From assembly GCA_020725105.1 (NCBI GenBank), contig DYFQ01000007.1, positions 2,106 through 66,105 on the forward strand: 64,000 nucleotides of DNA, in the 5' to 3' direction. The stretch comes from Symbiobacterium thermophilum. GTDB lineage: Bacteria > Bacillota > Sulfobacillia > DYFQ01. The notes under the pieces are model-generated. The model was given only the letters and a program-made list of their open reading frames with translations, was not told the origin of the DNA and made no database searches. Below, in pieces: positions 8,246 to 17,177 of this stretch; the first letter of the stretch is position 1; every line of letters begins with the position of its first letter. Both the position numbers and the translations under genes were made by a program.

Positions 8246-10580
8246 CGGGTGGTGGCGGCCGGGCCTGCTTGGCCTGGTCCTGGCCGGCCTGACGTGGGCG
8301 GTGGCCGGCCGGGGGGGCCAGGAGGTCGCGAGGGCCGTTCCGGCGGCGTCCGCCGGCCGGGTATACCTGGTGCTGGTGGATCACCTTCGCCCTCAAGACA
8401 TGTTGGCGTCGGGAGGCGGCTGGGCCGAACTGCGCCGGCAGGCCTCCCTGGGCCTGCTGAACACGGCCACCCGCAACTACCTGGATCGCGGGGCCGGCTT
8501 TCTGACCCTGGGGGCCGGTTCACGGGCCAGCCAGGCGGACGGCACCGAGCGGGCCTACGATCTGGAGGAACGGACGGAAGGGTCTCCGGTTGCCAAGGTC
8601 TACCACCGGCGCCTGGGACGCCCGCCGCCACCGGGAGCCGTGGTGCACCCCGGCATCGCCGCCGTCGAGCGGGCTCACCACGGCTTCCGGCCGTCCGTCC
8701 GGCCGGTAGCCCTGGGCGAGACCCTCCGCCGCGCCGGCATCCCGCGGGCCGTAATCGGCAATGCCGACCTGCCGGGCAAGCCGGACCGCCTGGCGGCTGC
8801 CGTGCTGATGGACTGGGACGGGGTGGTGGACGCCGGAGCGGTCGGCCCCGGGCTGGTGGCCGCCGTGCCGGACGCGCCCTTTGGCCGCTGGACGGACTGG
8901 GACGCGGTCGAGGACGGCCTGTGGGGGGCATCCGGCGGCGGCCCGGCGGACTGGGAGCGGGGAGTGATCGCCGTCCATCTGGGAGACCTGTACCGGGTGG
9001 ACGCCTACCACCCCGAGGCCACGGACGCCCAGGTCGACACGTGGTGGCGCGCCGCCGTCTCCGAGGCCGGCGACCTGGTGTCAAGACTCCTTCGGGCGGT
9101 GGACCTTTCCCGGGACGTGGTGATCGTGCTGGCCCCGGTGCCGGCCACCTCAGAGGCGGAAGCGGGCAACACCCTCACCCCCATCGCCATCGCCGGGCGC
9201 GGCTTCGAGCCTGGTCAGTTGCTGGTCTCCCGGTCCACTCGCCGCCCGGGGCTGGTGACCAACACCGACGTCGCTCCCACCGTGCTGGCCCACTTCGGGC
9301 TGACGCCGGTGCTACCCATGGAGGGCCGGCCCCTCGGTTCGGGAGCCGCGCCGGCGTCGGGAGCCGAAGCCTACCTCCTCAGGCTTGTTCGCCGGACGAC
9401 GCCGGTTCAGCAGGTCCGCTGGACCTTTGTCCGGCTGTGGGTCTTTGCCCAGCTGGGGCTCGGCGGCGCGGCCCTGGCCGCCATCGCGCTGGCGATGCCC
9501 CACGGCAGGCCGCTGCGCTGGGCGCTCCCGGCGGTGGCCGCCGGGCCGGCAGCCGCGTGGCTCGCGGCGACCTGGGAACCTCCCGACGCCGCGCTGCTGC
9601 TGGTGAGAGTACTGGGCCTCACGGCGGTCCTCATCCTGGCGGCCGCGGCGGGTGGCCGCGCCTGGGAACTGGCCGCCGCCCGCCGGTGGCCCGGCAGGCC
9701 GGTGCCGGGCGAAGGGGTGGCGGCGGCCTTCACGCTGCTCACCCTGACGACCGCCGCGGTACTGGCCGTGGACGTGGCCCTGGGAGCGAGGGTGCTGCCT
9801 TACAGCCTGCTGGGCTACTCCCTGGTCAGCGGTGCCCGCTACTACGGTATTGGCAACGAGTTCGCCGGCGTGTTCCTGGCCGGGGCGCTGGTGGGCGTGA
9901 CCGCCTTCGTGGATCTGGTCGCGGGTCCCGACGGCGGGGGGAGGCCAGGCCGGATCGCGACGGCGACCCTGGTTCCGGCGCTGGGGGCCGTGTGGCTGGG
10001 CTGCCTGGTCCTGGTCGGCTGGCCGGGTCTGGGCGCCAACTTCGGGGCCGCCCTCGCCGCCGCGGCTGGCTTCAGCCTGGCCTGGCTCCGCCTGGCGGAC
10101 CGGGCGTCGGGCCGGCGGCAGGCGTTCGGGGTGGCGGCGGCGGTGGCCGGTGTCGGCCTGGCGCTGGCCGGGGTCGAGGCACTGGGTCTCGCCGGGCCAG
10201 CCTCCCACCTGGGCCAGGCCGTAGGCCTCGCCCGGGAATCGGGCCCGGCCGCCCTGGCCGGTATCGCCGAGCGCAAGCTCGCCCTCAACTGGAAACTGGT
10301 GCGGATGACCGTGTGGGGCTGGGCCTTCTTCGGACCGCTGGCCGCGCTCACCGTCCTGCTCTACGTGCCCCGCGGGCTGCTCCGGAGGGTGCTTTCCCGC
10401 TTCCCCCGGCTGGCGGCCGGGCTGGCCGGCGCCGTGGCCGCCGGCCTGGTGGCGCTGGTGACCAACGACTCGGGGGTCGTCGCGGCCGCGGCGGCCCTGG
10501 CGGCGCCGGCGGCGCTGGTGCTGGCTCTGGCGGTGGAGGAACGCTGCGGAGGACCCGGCGCCGGCGGCACGAAACACTGA
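8232..10580 (+). CDS. large integral membrane protein (783 aa): N-terminal exported soluble domain plus C-terminal polytopic (>=10 TM) domain
   Basis: ATG 8232 overlaps the GT1 stop (ATGGCCGGGGCTGA). N-terminal signal-like helix, then a soluble domain, then many hydrophobic helices. The alternate-frame ORF 8249-10633 is rejected. Confidence 0.6.
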   Translation: MAGADGWWRPGLLGLVLAGLTWAVAGRGGQEVARAVPAASAGRVYLVLVDHLRPQDMLASGGGWAELRRQASLGLLNTATRNYLDRGAGFLTLGAGSRASQADGTERAYDLEERTEGSPVAKVYHRRLGRPPPPGAVVHPGIAAVERAHHGFRPSVRPVALGETLRRAGIPRAVIGNADLPGKPDRLAAAVLMDWDGVVDAGAVGPGLVAAVPDAPFGRWTDWDAVEDGLWGASGGGPADWERGVIAVHLGDLYRVDAYHPEATDAQVDTWWRAAVSEAGDLVSRLLRAVDLSRDVVIVLAPVPATSEAEAGNTLTPIAIAGRGFEPGQLLVSRSTRRPGLVTNTDVAPTVLAHFGLTPVLPMEGRPLGSGAAPASGAEAYLLRLVRRTTPVQQVRWTFVRLWVFAQLGLGGAALAAIALAMPHGRPLRWALPAVAAGPAAAWLAATWEPPDAALLLVRVLGLTAVLILAAAAGGRAWELAAARRWPGRPVPGEGVAAAFTLLTLTTAAVLAVDVALGARVLPYSLLGYSLVSGARYYGIGNEFAGVFLAGALVGVTAFVDLVAGPDGGGRPGRIATATLVPALGAVWLGCLVLVGWPGLGANFGAALAAAAGFSLAWLRLADRASGRRQAFGVAAAVAGVGLALAGVEALGLAGPASHLGQAVGLARESGPAALAGIAERKLALNWKLVRMTVWGWAFFGPLAALTVLLYVPRGLLRRVLSRFPRLAAGLAGAVAAGLVALVTNDSGVVAAAAALAAPAALVLALAVEERCGGPGAGGTKH

Positions 10581-10620
10581 TGCGGGTGGGGCTGCCGGCA
10601 CGGCGGTGGCGTGAAAGGGG

Positions 10621-11484
10621 ATGGCGCGGTTGAAACTGGTTCGCTTCCGGGCGGGACGCCGCGTCCGGTGGGGTGCGCTCGAGGGCGACACCGTCAGGGA
10701 ACTGCTGCGCAGCCCGTTTCAGGGGCTGGAGGCCGGCGAGGCGACGTACGCGGCCTCGGAGGTGCGGCTGCTGGCGCCGTGCGCGCCTTCCAAAGTGGTC
10801 TGCGTCGGCCTCAACTACCGCGACCACGCCGCGGAAGGCGGGCACGAGGTGCCCGAGGAGCCGCTCTTGTTCCTCAAACCACCGACCGCCGTGATCGGCC
10901 CGGGAGACGCCATCGTGTACCCGCGGATGAGCAACCGGGTGGACCACGAGGCTGAACTGGGCGTGGTGATGGGGCGCCGGGCCCGCAACGTGACGCCGGG
11001 CGAGGCGATCGACTTCGTGCTCGGCTACGTCTGCGTCAACGACGTCACCGCCCGGGACCTGCAACGGCGGGACGGGCAATGGACCCGCGCCAAGGGGTTC
11101 GACACCTTCTGCCCGGTCGGCCCGCTGATTGACACCGGAGTGGACCCCGGGAACCTTGGGATCGAGTGCCGGGTGAACGGGGTCCTGAAGCAGTCGTCAA
11201 CCACGCGGGAGATGATCTTCCCCGTCCCCGCCCTTGTGAGCTTCATCTCCCAGGTGATGACCCTGTTGCCCGGCGACCTGATCTGCACCGGAACCCCGGG
11301 CGGGATCGGCCCGCTGCAGCCCGGCGACGAGGTGGAGGTGGCCGTGGAGCACCTGGGTTCGCTCCGCAACCGGGTGGTTGCCGCGGGGACCCTGTCGCGC
11401 CAGGGTCCGGGCGCTCAACACGCGCGCGGGAGCGAGAAAACAAGAGCTCGAAGGGGGATTGTCGATGGGAACTGGACCCGTTGA
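10621..11484 (+). CDS. fumarylacetoacetate hydrolase (FAH) family protein (2-keto-4-pentenoate hydratase / HpcE-like)
   Basis: FAH-fold motifs (VVCVGLNYRDH, ELGVVMG, GDLICTGTPGG). Alternative TTG start at 10630 would give the classic MKLVRF N-terminus. Confidence 0.8.
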   Translation: MARLKLVRFRAGRRVRWGALEGDTVRELLRSPFQGLEAGEATYAASEVRLLAPCAPSKVVCVGLNYRDHAAEGGHEVPEEPLLFLKPPTAVIGPGDAIVYPRMSNRVDHEAELGVVMGRRARNVTPGEAIDFVLGYVCVNDVTARDLQRRDGQWTRAKGFDTFCPVGPLIDTGVDPGNLGIECRVNGVLKQSSTTREMIFPVPALVSFISQVMTLLPGDLICTGTPGGIGPLQPGDEVEVAVEHLGSLRNRVVAAGTLSRQGPGAQHARGSEKTRARRGIVDGNWTR

Positions 11485-11524
11485 CGGTTCTTGGCGAACC
11501 TTGACGGTTGATCGTTAACCTTTA

Positions 11525-11552
11525 TTGACAGAGGCGCTGTTTTTGCTACAAT
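11525..11552 (+). promoter_or_regulatory. sigma-A-type promoter of speH (TTGACA-16nt-TACAAT)
   Basis: -35 TTGACA at 11525-11530 and -10 TACAAT at 11547-11552. Two further TTGACGGTT copies lie at 11481 and 11501. Confidence 0.5.
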
Positions 11553-11647
11553 GAATTCTGGTCTGCAACCGGCCGACCGGCAGCGCATGCCGGAGGAACG
11601 GGGAGGTTGAAAGGGACCGACAACTCACCGCGGGGGGGCTGATCACG

Positions 11648-12058
11648 ATGGATGCTCTGGGCCGGCATGTGTTGGCCGAGATCTACGGCTGCCCTCATGA
11701 TGCGCTCAACGACCTGCATCAGGTCGAGCAAGTCATGGTCAGCGCTGCCCTGGCAGCAGGCGCCGAAATCCGCGAGGTCGCATTTCACAAGTTCAGTCCG
11801 CAGGGGGTATCGGGGGTGGTGGTCATCTCCGAGTCCCACCTGGCGATCCACACCTGGCCGGAGTACGGCTACGCGGCTGTCGATGTCTTCACCTGCGGTG
11901 ACCGCGTCGATCCCTGGGACGCCTGCCGGTCCATCGTCGAGCGGCTGGGCGCCACCCACATGACCGCGTCGGAGGTAAAGCGGGGGCTCTTCACCCCGCT
12001 GGCCGCGGGCAACCGGGTCCGCCCGGCGCCCGTCCGCACCGTCGACCGCGCCGGGTGA
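11648..12058 (+). CDS. speH: S-adenosylmethionine decarboxylase proenzyme (class 1a, SpeH/SpeD type)
   Basis: HVLAEIYGC and the self-cleavage site [14 protein letters not shown] are diagnostic of this enzyme. Confidence 0.85.
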   Translation: MDALGRHVLAEIYGCPHDALNDLHQVEQVMVSAALAAGAEIREVAFHKFSPQGVSGVVVISESHLAIHTWPEYGYAAVDVFTCGDRVDPWDACRSIVERLGATHMTASEVKRGLFTPLAAGNRVRPAPVRTVDRAG

Positions 12059-12164
12059 CTGGCCGGGGCGCCGGCGGCCTGACGGAGCGCCTGCCAGTCT
12101 GGCTGTGAGCGGCCGCCGGGAGCGGCCCTGCCGGAATAGAGACTCAACCCCGGAAGAAAAGCTA

Positions 12165-12200
12165 CCGGGCGAGGCAACCGGCCTCGCCCGGCTTCATTGT
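12165..12200 (+). terminator. rho-independent terminator after speH
   Basis: 11-bp GC stem CCGGGCGAGGC...GCCTCGCCCGG followed by CTTCATTGTTGT. Confidence 0.5.
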
Positions 12201-12377
12201 TGTGGCCGTGCGGGGGCCGGCCGGGGCGCGGGGTCGCGGGAGACTCGCGGCAGGCGGTAGAGGCGTGCCGCCGGCGGTGGTATAATGGGGGGCGGTAAAA
12301 GAAGTGCGCAAATTCTTGAATACTGGTCCCGGCGCCCGGCCGCGGTGGGTTCGCCGGCACGAGGAGGAGAGGCGATC

Positions 12378-12791
12378 ATGCGGGTAGCGCTGGAGACCAC
12401 CCGTTACGGCTTTGGCCGGACCGTTCCCCTGGACTACGAAACCGCCGTCCAGCGGGTGACCGAAGCCCTCAAGGCTGAAGGCTTCGGGGTGCTGACCTCC
12501 ATCGACGTCAAGGCCACCCTCAAGGAAAAGCTCGGCGTCGACGACTTCCGGCGCTACGTGATTCTCGGTGCCTGCAACCCGCCCCTTGCCCACCGGGCCT
12601 TCTCCGAGGAACTGGAGATCGGGCTGTTGCTGCCCTGTAACGTCGTGATCTACGATACCGGTAACGGCACGTCCCGGGTCGCGGTCATGGACCCGGAGGC
12701 CGCCCTGGGCGTGGTGGGCAACCCGGGCCTTGAGCCGCTGGCCCGTGAGGCCAAGGCCCGGCTGCGGCGGGCCCTGGCGGCTCTGGGCTAG
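12378..12791 (+). CDS. DUF302 family protein
   Basis: ATG 12378 preceded by GAGGAGGAGAGG. Extended -10 TGGTATAAT at 12280-12288. Confidence 0.75.
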   Translation: MRVALETTRYGFGRTVPLDYETAVQRVTEALKAEGFGVLTSIDVKATLKEKLGVDDFRRYVILGACNPPLAHRAFSEELEIGLLLPCNVVIYDTGNGTSRVAVMDPEAALGVVGNPGLEPLAREAKARLRRALAALG

Positions 12792-12797
12792 GGGCGG

Positions 12798-13398
12798 CTA
12801 CGCGTCCTTGCCCGCCAGCACGGCCTCGTCGGCCCGGCGATAGCTGCACAGGCCTTCCTCACCGAACCAGTGGCGGATCTCGTGTGCCGCTTCCTCGACG
12901 GTGGAGGAGGCGTGGAGCAGGTTCTGGATGGCCCGCCGCAGGGCGTTGGCGACTACCGGAGAGTCGGAGGAGAACCGCCCGCGGAGGGAACCGGGGTCGG
13001 CGTTCAGCGGCAACGTGTGGCCGCAGAGCTTCCGGACGACGCCGATGGCGTGGTAACCCTCCAGCACCATGGCCACCACCGGGCCGGAAGTCAGGTAGTC
13101 AATGTTCCAGCCCTTGATGATCTCGCCGATGGCCATGGGATCGTCGGTTCCCATCTCGGCGACGGGGTCCTTGCCGTGTTCGGCGTAGCTGTTCAATGTC
13201 TTCTCGCCCATGCCCCGGATCCACTCGGGCGTGTTGGGGTAGTGGTTGGCCACGTGGTCGCGGGACGCCTGGACCAGCCGGAGGCCGACCAGTTTCAGCC
13301 CCACTTCCTCGAAGGCGGTCAGGATCTTGCCCACCAGTCCCCGCTTGACGCCGTCAGGCTTGATCAGAACCAGTGTGCGCTCCAGAGGCGCGTCCAAG
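12798..13398 (-). CDS. ndk: nucleoside diphosphate kinase, long form with ~40-aa internal insertion and C-terminal extension
   Basis: ERTLVLIKPDGVKRGLVGKIL, GPVVAMVLEG, SLRGRF and the NLLHASS histidine region. TTG start at 13398 preceded by GGGAGGG. Confidence 0.7.
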
Positions 13399-13525
13399 AT
13401 CGAACCCTCCCGAGCCAATGCTGTGGGGGAAAAGCACCACCTCCCAGCATAACCAAGGGAGGGAGCGATTACCATACCGGAGTCGAAGGTAATCTGTCCG
13501 GAGCCGGTACGGGAAGGGGTGAACG

Positions 13526-14392
13526 GTGTCGGCCACCGCCCTCTGGGCCGGCGGACTGCTGGTGGCGGGGCTGGCGGCCCTGGGCTACGGCACCTGGGTC
13601 GAGCCCGACCGGGCCGAGGTCACCCGCACGTGCTTTTACCTGCCGCGCTGGCCCCGCGGCCTGGACGGCTTCAGGATCGTGCAGGTTTCCGACTGGCACG
13701 GCCGGACAGCCTTCCGGGGGATACCACTCCACCGGTGGGTCAACGAGCTGGCGCCGGACCTGGTGGCCGTCACCGGCGACCTGGTGGACGACGGGCGCGA
13801 CCTGGACCGTGCCACGGCGGAACTACGGGCGATGGACGCCCCCCTCGGCGTCTACTTCGTCACCGGCAACCACGACCTGGACCCGGGCAGGCGGGGACCG
13901 GGCCTCGAGCGGCTGGCCCGGGCCCTCGAGTCGGCCGGCGTCGTCAGGCTGGCCAACTCCGGCCGCCGGCTCCTGGCCCGGGGGGAGAGCTTCTGGCTGG
14001 CCGGGGTGGAGGATCCGTCGCTCCACCGCGACGACCTGGCGGCGGCGCTGCGGGGACGGCGAGCGGACGAAGCCGCCATCCTCCTGGCCCATGCCCCGAT
14101 GCTCGTTGAACGCGCGGCCGTGGCCGGCGTGGACCTGGTCCTGGGGGGGCACACCCACGGCGGCCAGGTGCGCCTGCCCGCCCTGGGCAGCCTGGCCCTC
14201 CGTTACAAGGGCGAGCACCGGTACGTGGCCGGCCGGTACCGGGTGGGGGCGACCGAACTCTTCGTGACGCGGGGCGTGGGTACGGTGATCCTGCCGGTCC
14301 GCTTTCTGTGCCGGCCGGAGGTGAGCCTGCTGCTCCTGCGGGCCGGGCACGGCCCGGCCAAAGGTGTTGTCCCTCCCGGTGGCGGCTGGTAG
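13526..14392 (+). CDS. calcineurin-like metallophosphoesterase (YkuE-like), membrane-anchored
   Basis: N-terminal TM, then VSDWHG, GDLVDDG, VTGNHD and GGHTHGGQ metallophosphatase motifs. GTG start. Confidence 0.75.
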   Translation: MSATALWAGGLLVAGLAALGYGTWVEPDRAEVTRTCFYLPRWPRGLDGFRIVQVSDWHGRTAFRGIPLHRWVNELAPDLVAVTGDLVDDGRDLDRATAELRAMDAPLGVYFVTGNHDLDPGRRGPGLERLARALESAGVVRLANSGRRLLARGESFWLAGVEDPSLHRDDLAAALRGRRADEAAILLAHAPMLVERAAVAGVDLVLGGHTHGGQVRLPALGSLALRYKGEHRYVAGRYRVGATELFVTRGVGTVILPVRFLCRPEVSLLLLRAGHGPAKGVVPPGGGW

Positions 14393-14433
14393 AATTGATT
14401 CCGGCACGAAAAGGCGTTCGCCGGGTGATCGCG

Positions 14434-15237
14434 ATGGTCCGGATCGGCACCTCGGGGTTCAGCTTCAAGGACTGGATCGGCCCCTTCTACCCGGACGGAA
14501 CCCGGCCCGGGGACATGCTGCGCCTGTACGCCCGGCACTTTGACGTGGTGGAACTCGACTTCACCTACTACAGCATGCCGGGCCTGAAGACCATGCTCGC
14601 CCTGGAGCGGAAGACCCCCGACGGGTTCGAGTTCTGCGTCAAGGCCAACCGGGCCATGACCCACGAGCCGCCCGCGGACCGGTCCGAACTCGCCCGCGTC
14701 TTCGAGGCCTTCCGTTACAGCCTCGAACCGCTGGTGGAGGCAAGAAAGCTGGGCTGTCTCCTGTTCCAGTTTCCCTGGCGCTTCCGGCCCGGGGCCCAGG
14801 CCGCCGACTACCTGCGGCGGCTTCCCGGGCTGCTGCCCGATCTCCCCCTGGTCATCGAGTTCCGCCGGCGGGAGTGGGTGGAACCCGGGACCCGTAACGA
14901 GACGGTCGCGTTGCTCCGCCAGGCCGGGCTCGGGTTTTGCGCCGTGGACGAACCCCCCTTGCGCGGCCTGATGCCCCGGCTGGTCCTGGCGACGTCCCCG
15001 GTTGGTTACGTGCGCTTCCACGGCCGCAACGCGGCCAGGTGGTGGCGGCACGAGAACCCCTCGGAGCGCTACGACTACCTCTACAGCGTCGAGGAACTGA
15101 CCGACTGGATCCCCCGCATCCGGGCCATCGAGGCGGCCACCGAGAAGACCTACGTGCTCTTCAACAACTGTCACGTGGGCCACGCCCCCCGCAACGCCCG
15201 GATGATGCTGGATCTGCTGGCCGGGGACGCGGCCTGA
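14434..15237 (+). CDS. DUF72 (YecE-like) family protein
   Basis: MVRIGTSGFSFKDW N-terminus and length typical of DUF72. ATG 14434. Confidence 0.8.
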   Translation: MVRIGTSGFSFKDWIGPFYPDGTRPGDMLRLYARHFDVVELDFTYYSMPGLKTMLALERKTPDGFEFCVKANRAMTHEPPADRSELARVFEAFRYSLEPLVEARKLGCLLFQFPWRFRPGAQAADYLRRLPGLLPDLPLVIEFRRREWVEPGTRNETVALLRQAGLGFCAVDEPPLRGLMPRLVLATSPVGYVRFHGRNAARWWRHENPSERYDYLYSVEELTDWIPRIRAIEAATEKTYVLFNNCHVGHAPRNARMMLDLLAGDAA

Positions 15238-15458
15238 CGCTCCGGCGCCTGCCGGCAACCGGTGGTAGCCGGACGGCCGTGATGGCCCCCTCGGGGACGG
15301 GCCAGAGGAGGCGCTGCCCGGCGAATGGCGCCCGCGCGGACGGAGGAGGCGAGTCGCGTGCAGTATGATCCAGAGCAACCTGAAGGCGGTCCTGCGGCGC
15401 CCGGAGCGGATCGAGACGGCGCTCGGGGAGTCGCGGTCCGCGGACGGAGGGACGGCCC

Positions 15459-16637
15459 TTGAGCTACCTGCGCAGCCTGGAGTGTCCCGAGTGCGGCGCG
15501 GCGTACCCGCCCCAGGAGGTCCAGCACCTGTGCGCCTGCGGGTCGCCACTTCTGGCCCGTTACGACACGGACGCCATCGCCGCCCGCACCCGCCGTGAAG
15601 ACCTGGCCGGCCGGCCGCCCACCCTGTGGCGCTACCGCGAGTTCCTGCCGCTGGCCGATCCCGCGGCACGGGTCAGCCTGGGCGAGGGGATGACCCCGTG
15701 CCTGGAGGCCCGGCGCCTGGGGGCCGCCCTGGGGCTGCGGGACCTCTGGCTGAAGGACGAGGGCACCCTGCCCACCGGCACCTTCAAGGCCCGCGGGGCC
15801 GCCGTGGGCGTGTCCAGAGCCCGGGAACTGGGCGTCACGGATGTGGCCATGCCCACCGCCGGTAACGCCGGCGGCGCGTGGGCGCTCTACGCCGCCCGGG
15901 CGGGGTTGCGGGCCCACATCGCCATGCCCTCCGACGCCCCGGCCGTGAACCGGCTGGAAGTGAGCCTGGCGGGGGCCGATCTGCGCCTGGTCGACGGCCT
16001 CATCTCCGACGCCGGCACCCTCATCGCCCGGGAGGGCCAGGCGCGGGGTTGGTACGACGCGGCCACGCTCCGGGAGCCCTACCGCCTGGAGGGCAAGAAG
16101 ACCATCGGGCTGGAACTGGCCGAGCAATTTCGCTGGGAGGTTCCCGACGTCATCGTCTGCCCGACCGGCGGCGGGGTCGGCCTGATCGGGATCTGGAAGG
16201 CCCTCGACGAACTGGAGGCCGCCGGCTGGCTCGGCGGGCGGCGGCCGCGGCTGGTGGCCGTCCAGGCCGAGGGCTGCCAGCCCATCGTCAGGGCCTTTCA
16301 GGCCGGGGCGGCCCGGTCGGACTTCTTCTCGGGCGCGCGGACGATGGCGGCGGGACTCCGGGTTCCCAAGGCGCTCGGCGACTTTCTGGTGCTGCGGGCC
16401 ATCCGGGAGACCGGCGGCACGGCGGTGGCCGTTTCGGAAGAGGCCATTCTGGAAGGCGTTGGCCTCCTGGCCCGCCTGGAGGGGATCCTGGCCTGCCCGG
16501 AAGGCGCCGCGGCGGTGGCCGGGTGCATGAGGCTGCGGGACGAGGGCTGGCTGGCTCCTTCCGACCGGGTGGTGGTGCTGAACACCGGTTCGGGGCTGAA
16601 GTACCCGGAGGCGATGGCGGCTGCCCTTCGCGCGTAG
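15459..16637 (+). CDS. threonine synthase family PLP enzyme with N-terminal Cys4 zinc ribbon (variant FKARG lysine motif)
   Basis: CPECG...CACG ribbon, then a fold-type II PLP domain with TGTFKARG, GNAGGA and a C-terminal TGSGLKY. TTG start at 15459 with GGAGGGA RBS. Confidence 0.8.
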   Translation: MSYLRSLECPECGAAYPPQEVQHLCACGSPLLARYDTDAIAARTRREDLAGRPPTLWRYREFLPLADPAARVSLGEGMTPCLEARRLGAALGLRDLWLKDEGTLPTGTFKARGAAVGVSRARELGVTDVAMPTAGNAGGAWALYAARAGLRAHIAMPSDAPAVNRLEVSLAGADLRLVDGLISDAGTLIAREGQARGWYDAATLREPYRLEGKKTIGLELAEQFRWEVPDVIVCPTGGGVGLIGIWKALDELEAAGWLGGRRPRLVAVQAEGCQPIVRAFQAGAARSDFFSGARTMAAGLRVPKALGDFLVLRAIRETGGTAVAVSEEAILEGVGLLARLEGILACPEGAAAVAGCMRLRDEGWLAPSDRVVVLNTGSGLKYPEAMAAALRA

Positions 16638-16796
16638 CTGGTCGTTGGCGGGACCTGTAATCTCGCCGCCAGGCCGGCCCCGGCAGGGGACGGCGGCCAG
16701 ACCGCCGAAGGTTCCCGTTGACCGACGCCTACAACAGCATATCGCTCCAAAGCACATCGCTCCAACCCACCAGCCGAGGAGGCGGGCGATTTGGAG

Positions 16797-17006
16797 ATGG
16801 CGGAGACCCAGGTCGAGTTCCTCTGCCTGCGGTGTGGGGCGCAAGGGCTGGCTCGGGCGGTTGCCGCCGGACAGGACCCGGCAGACGGGGCCGACGGGTC
16901 AGGGCGGGTCAGCATCGGCGAGCCGTCGTGTCCGCGGTGCGGGAGCCGGCTGCGAGCCTACAAGGTGCGCCTCCAGCGGGTACCGCTGGCCGCGGCAGGG
17001 GTCTAG
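16797..17006 (+). CDS. small zinc-ribbon protein (~70 aa; CLRCG ... CPRCG)
   Basis: Two CxxC pairs, and GAGGAGG upstream at 16776-16782. Start could also be TTG 16791. Confidence 0.5.
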   Translation: MAETQVEFLCLRCGAQGLARAVAAGQDPADGADGSGRVSIGEPSCPRCGSRLRAYKVRLQRVPLAAAGV

Positions 17007-17177
17007 GGGTCTCGGCGAGACCACAGGGGTCGCGACAGGCGGCAGGCTTCCGCCGTCGGTTTGAGGGGAACCGGCGGCCGGCGGCCGTTTTGTTTCCGGC
17101 ATAGGGCCGGCGCGGCCGGGGAGGGAGTCGGGGCGGGTTCGCGGGGCGCGCCGAGGCAGAGCGAGGAGGCTTGTGTC

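Noticed and set aside
7711-10691. Long ORFs 7711-9084(-), 8249-10633(+) and 9312-10691(-)
   Set aside because: Alternate-frame or antisense to the GT1 and membrane-protein genes. Translations are RG/PG repeats without motifs.
15171-16844. 557-aa minus-strand ORF
   Set aside because: Antisense to the zinc-ribbon ThrC-family gene. Low-complexity translation.
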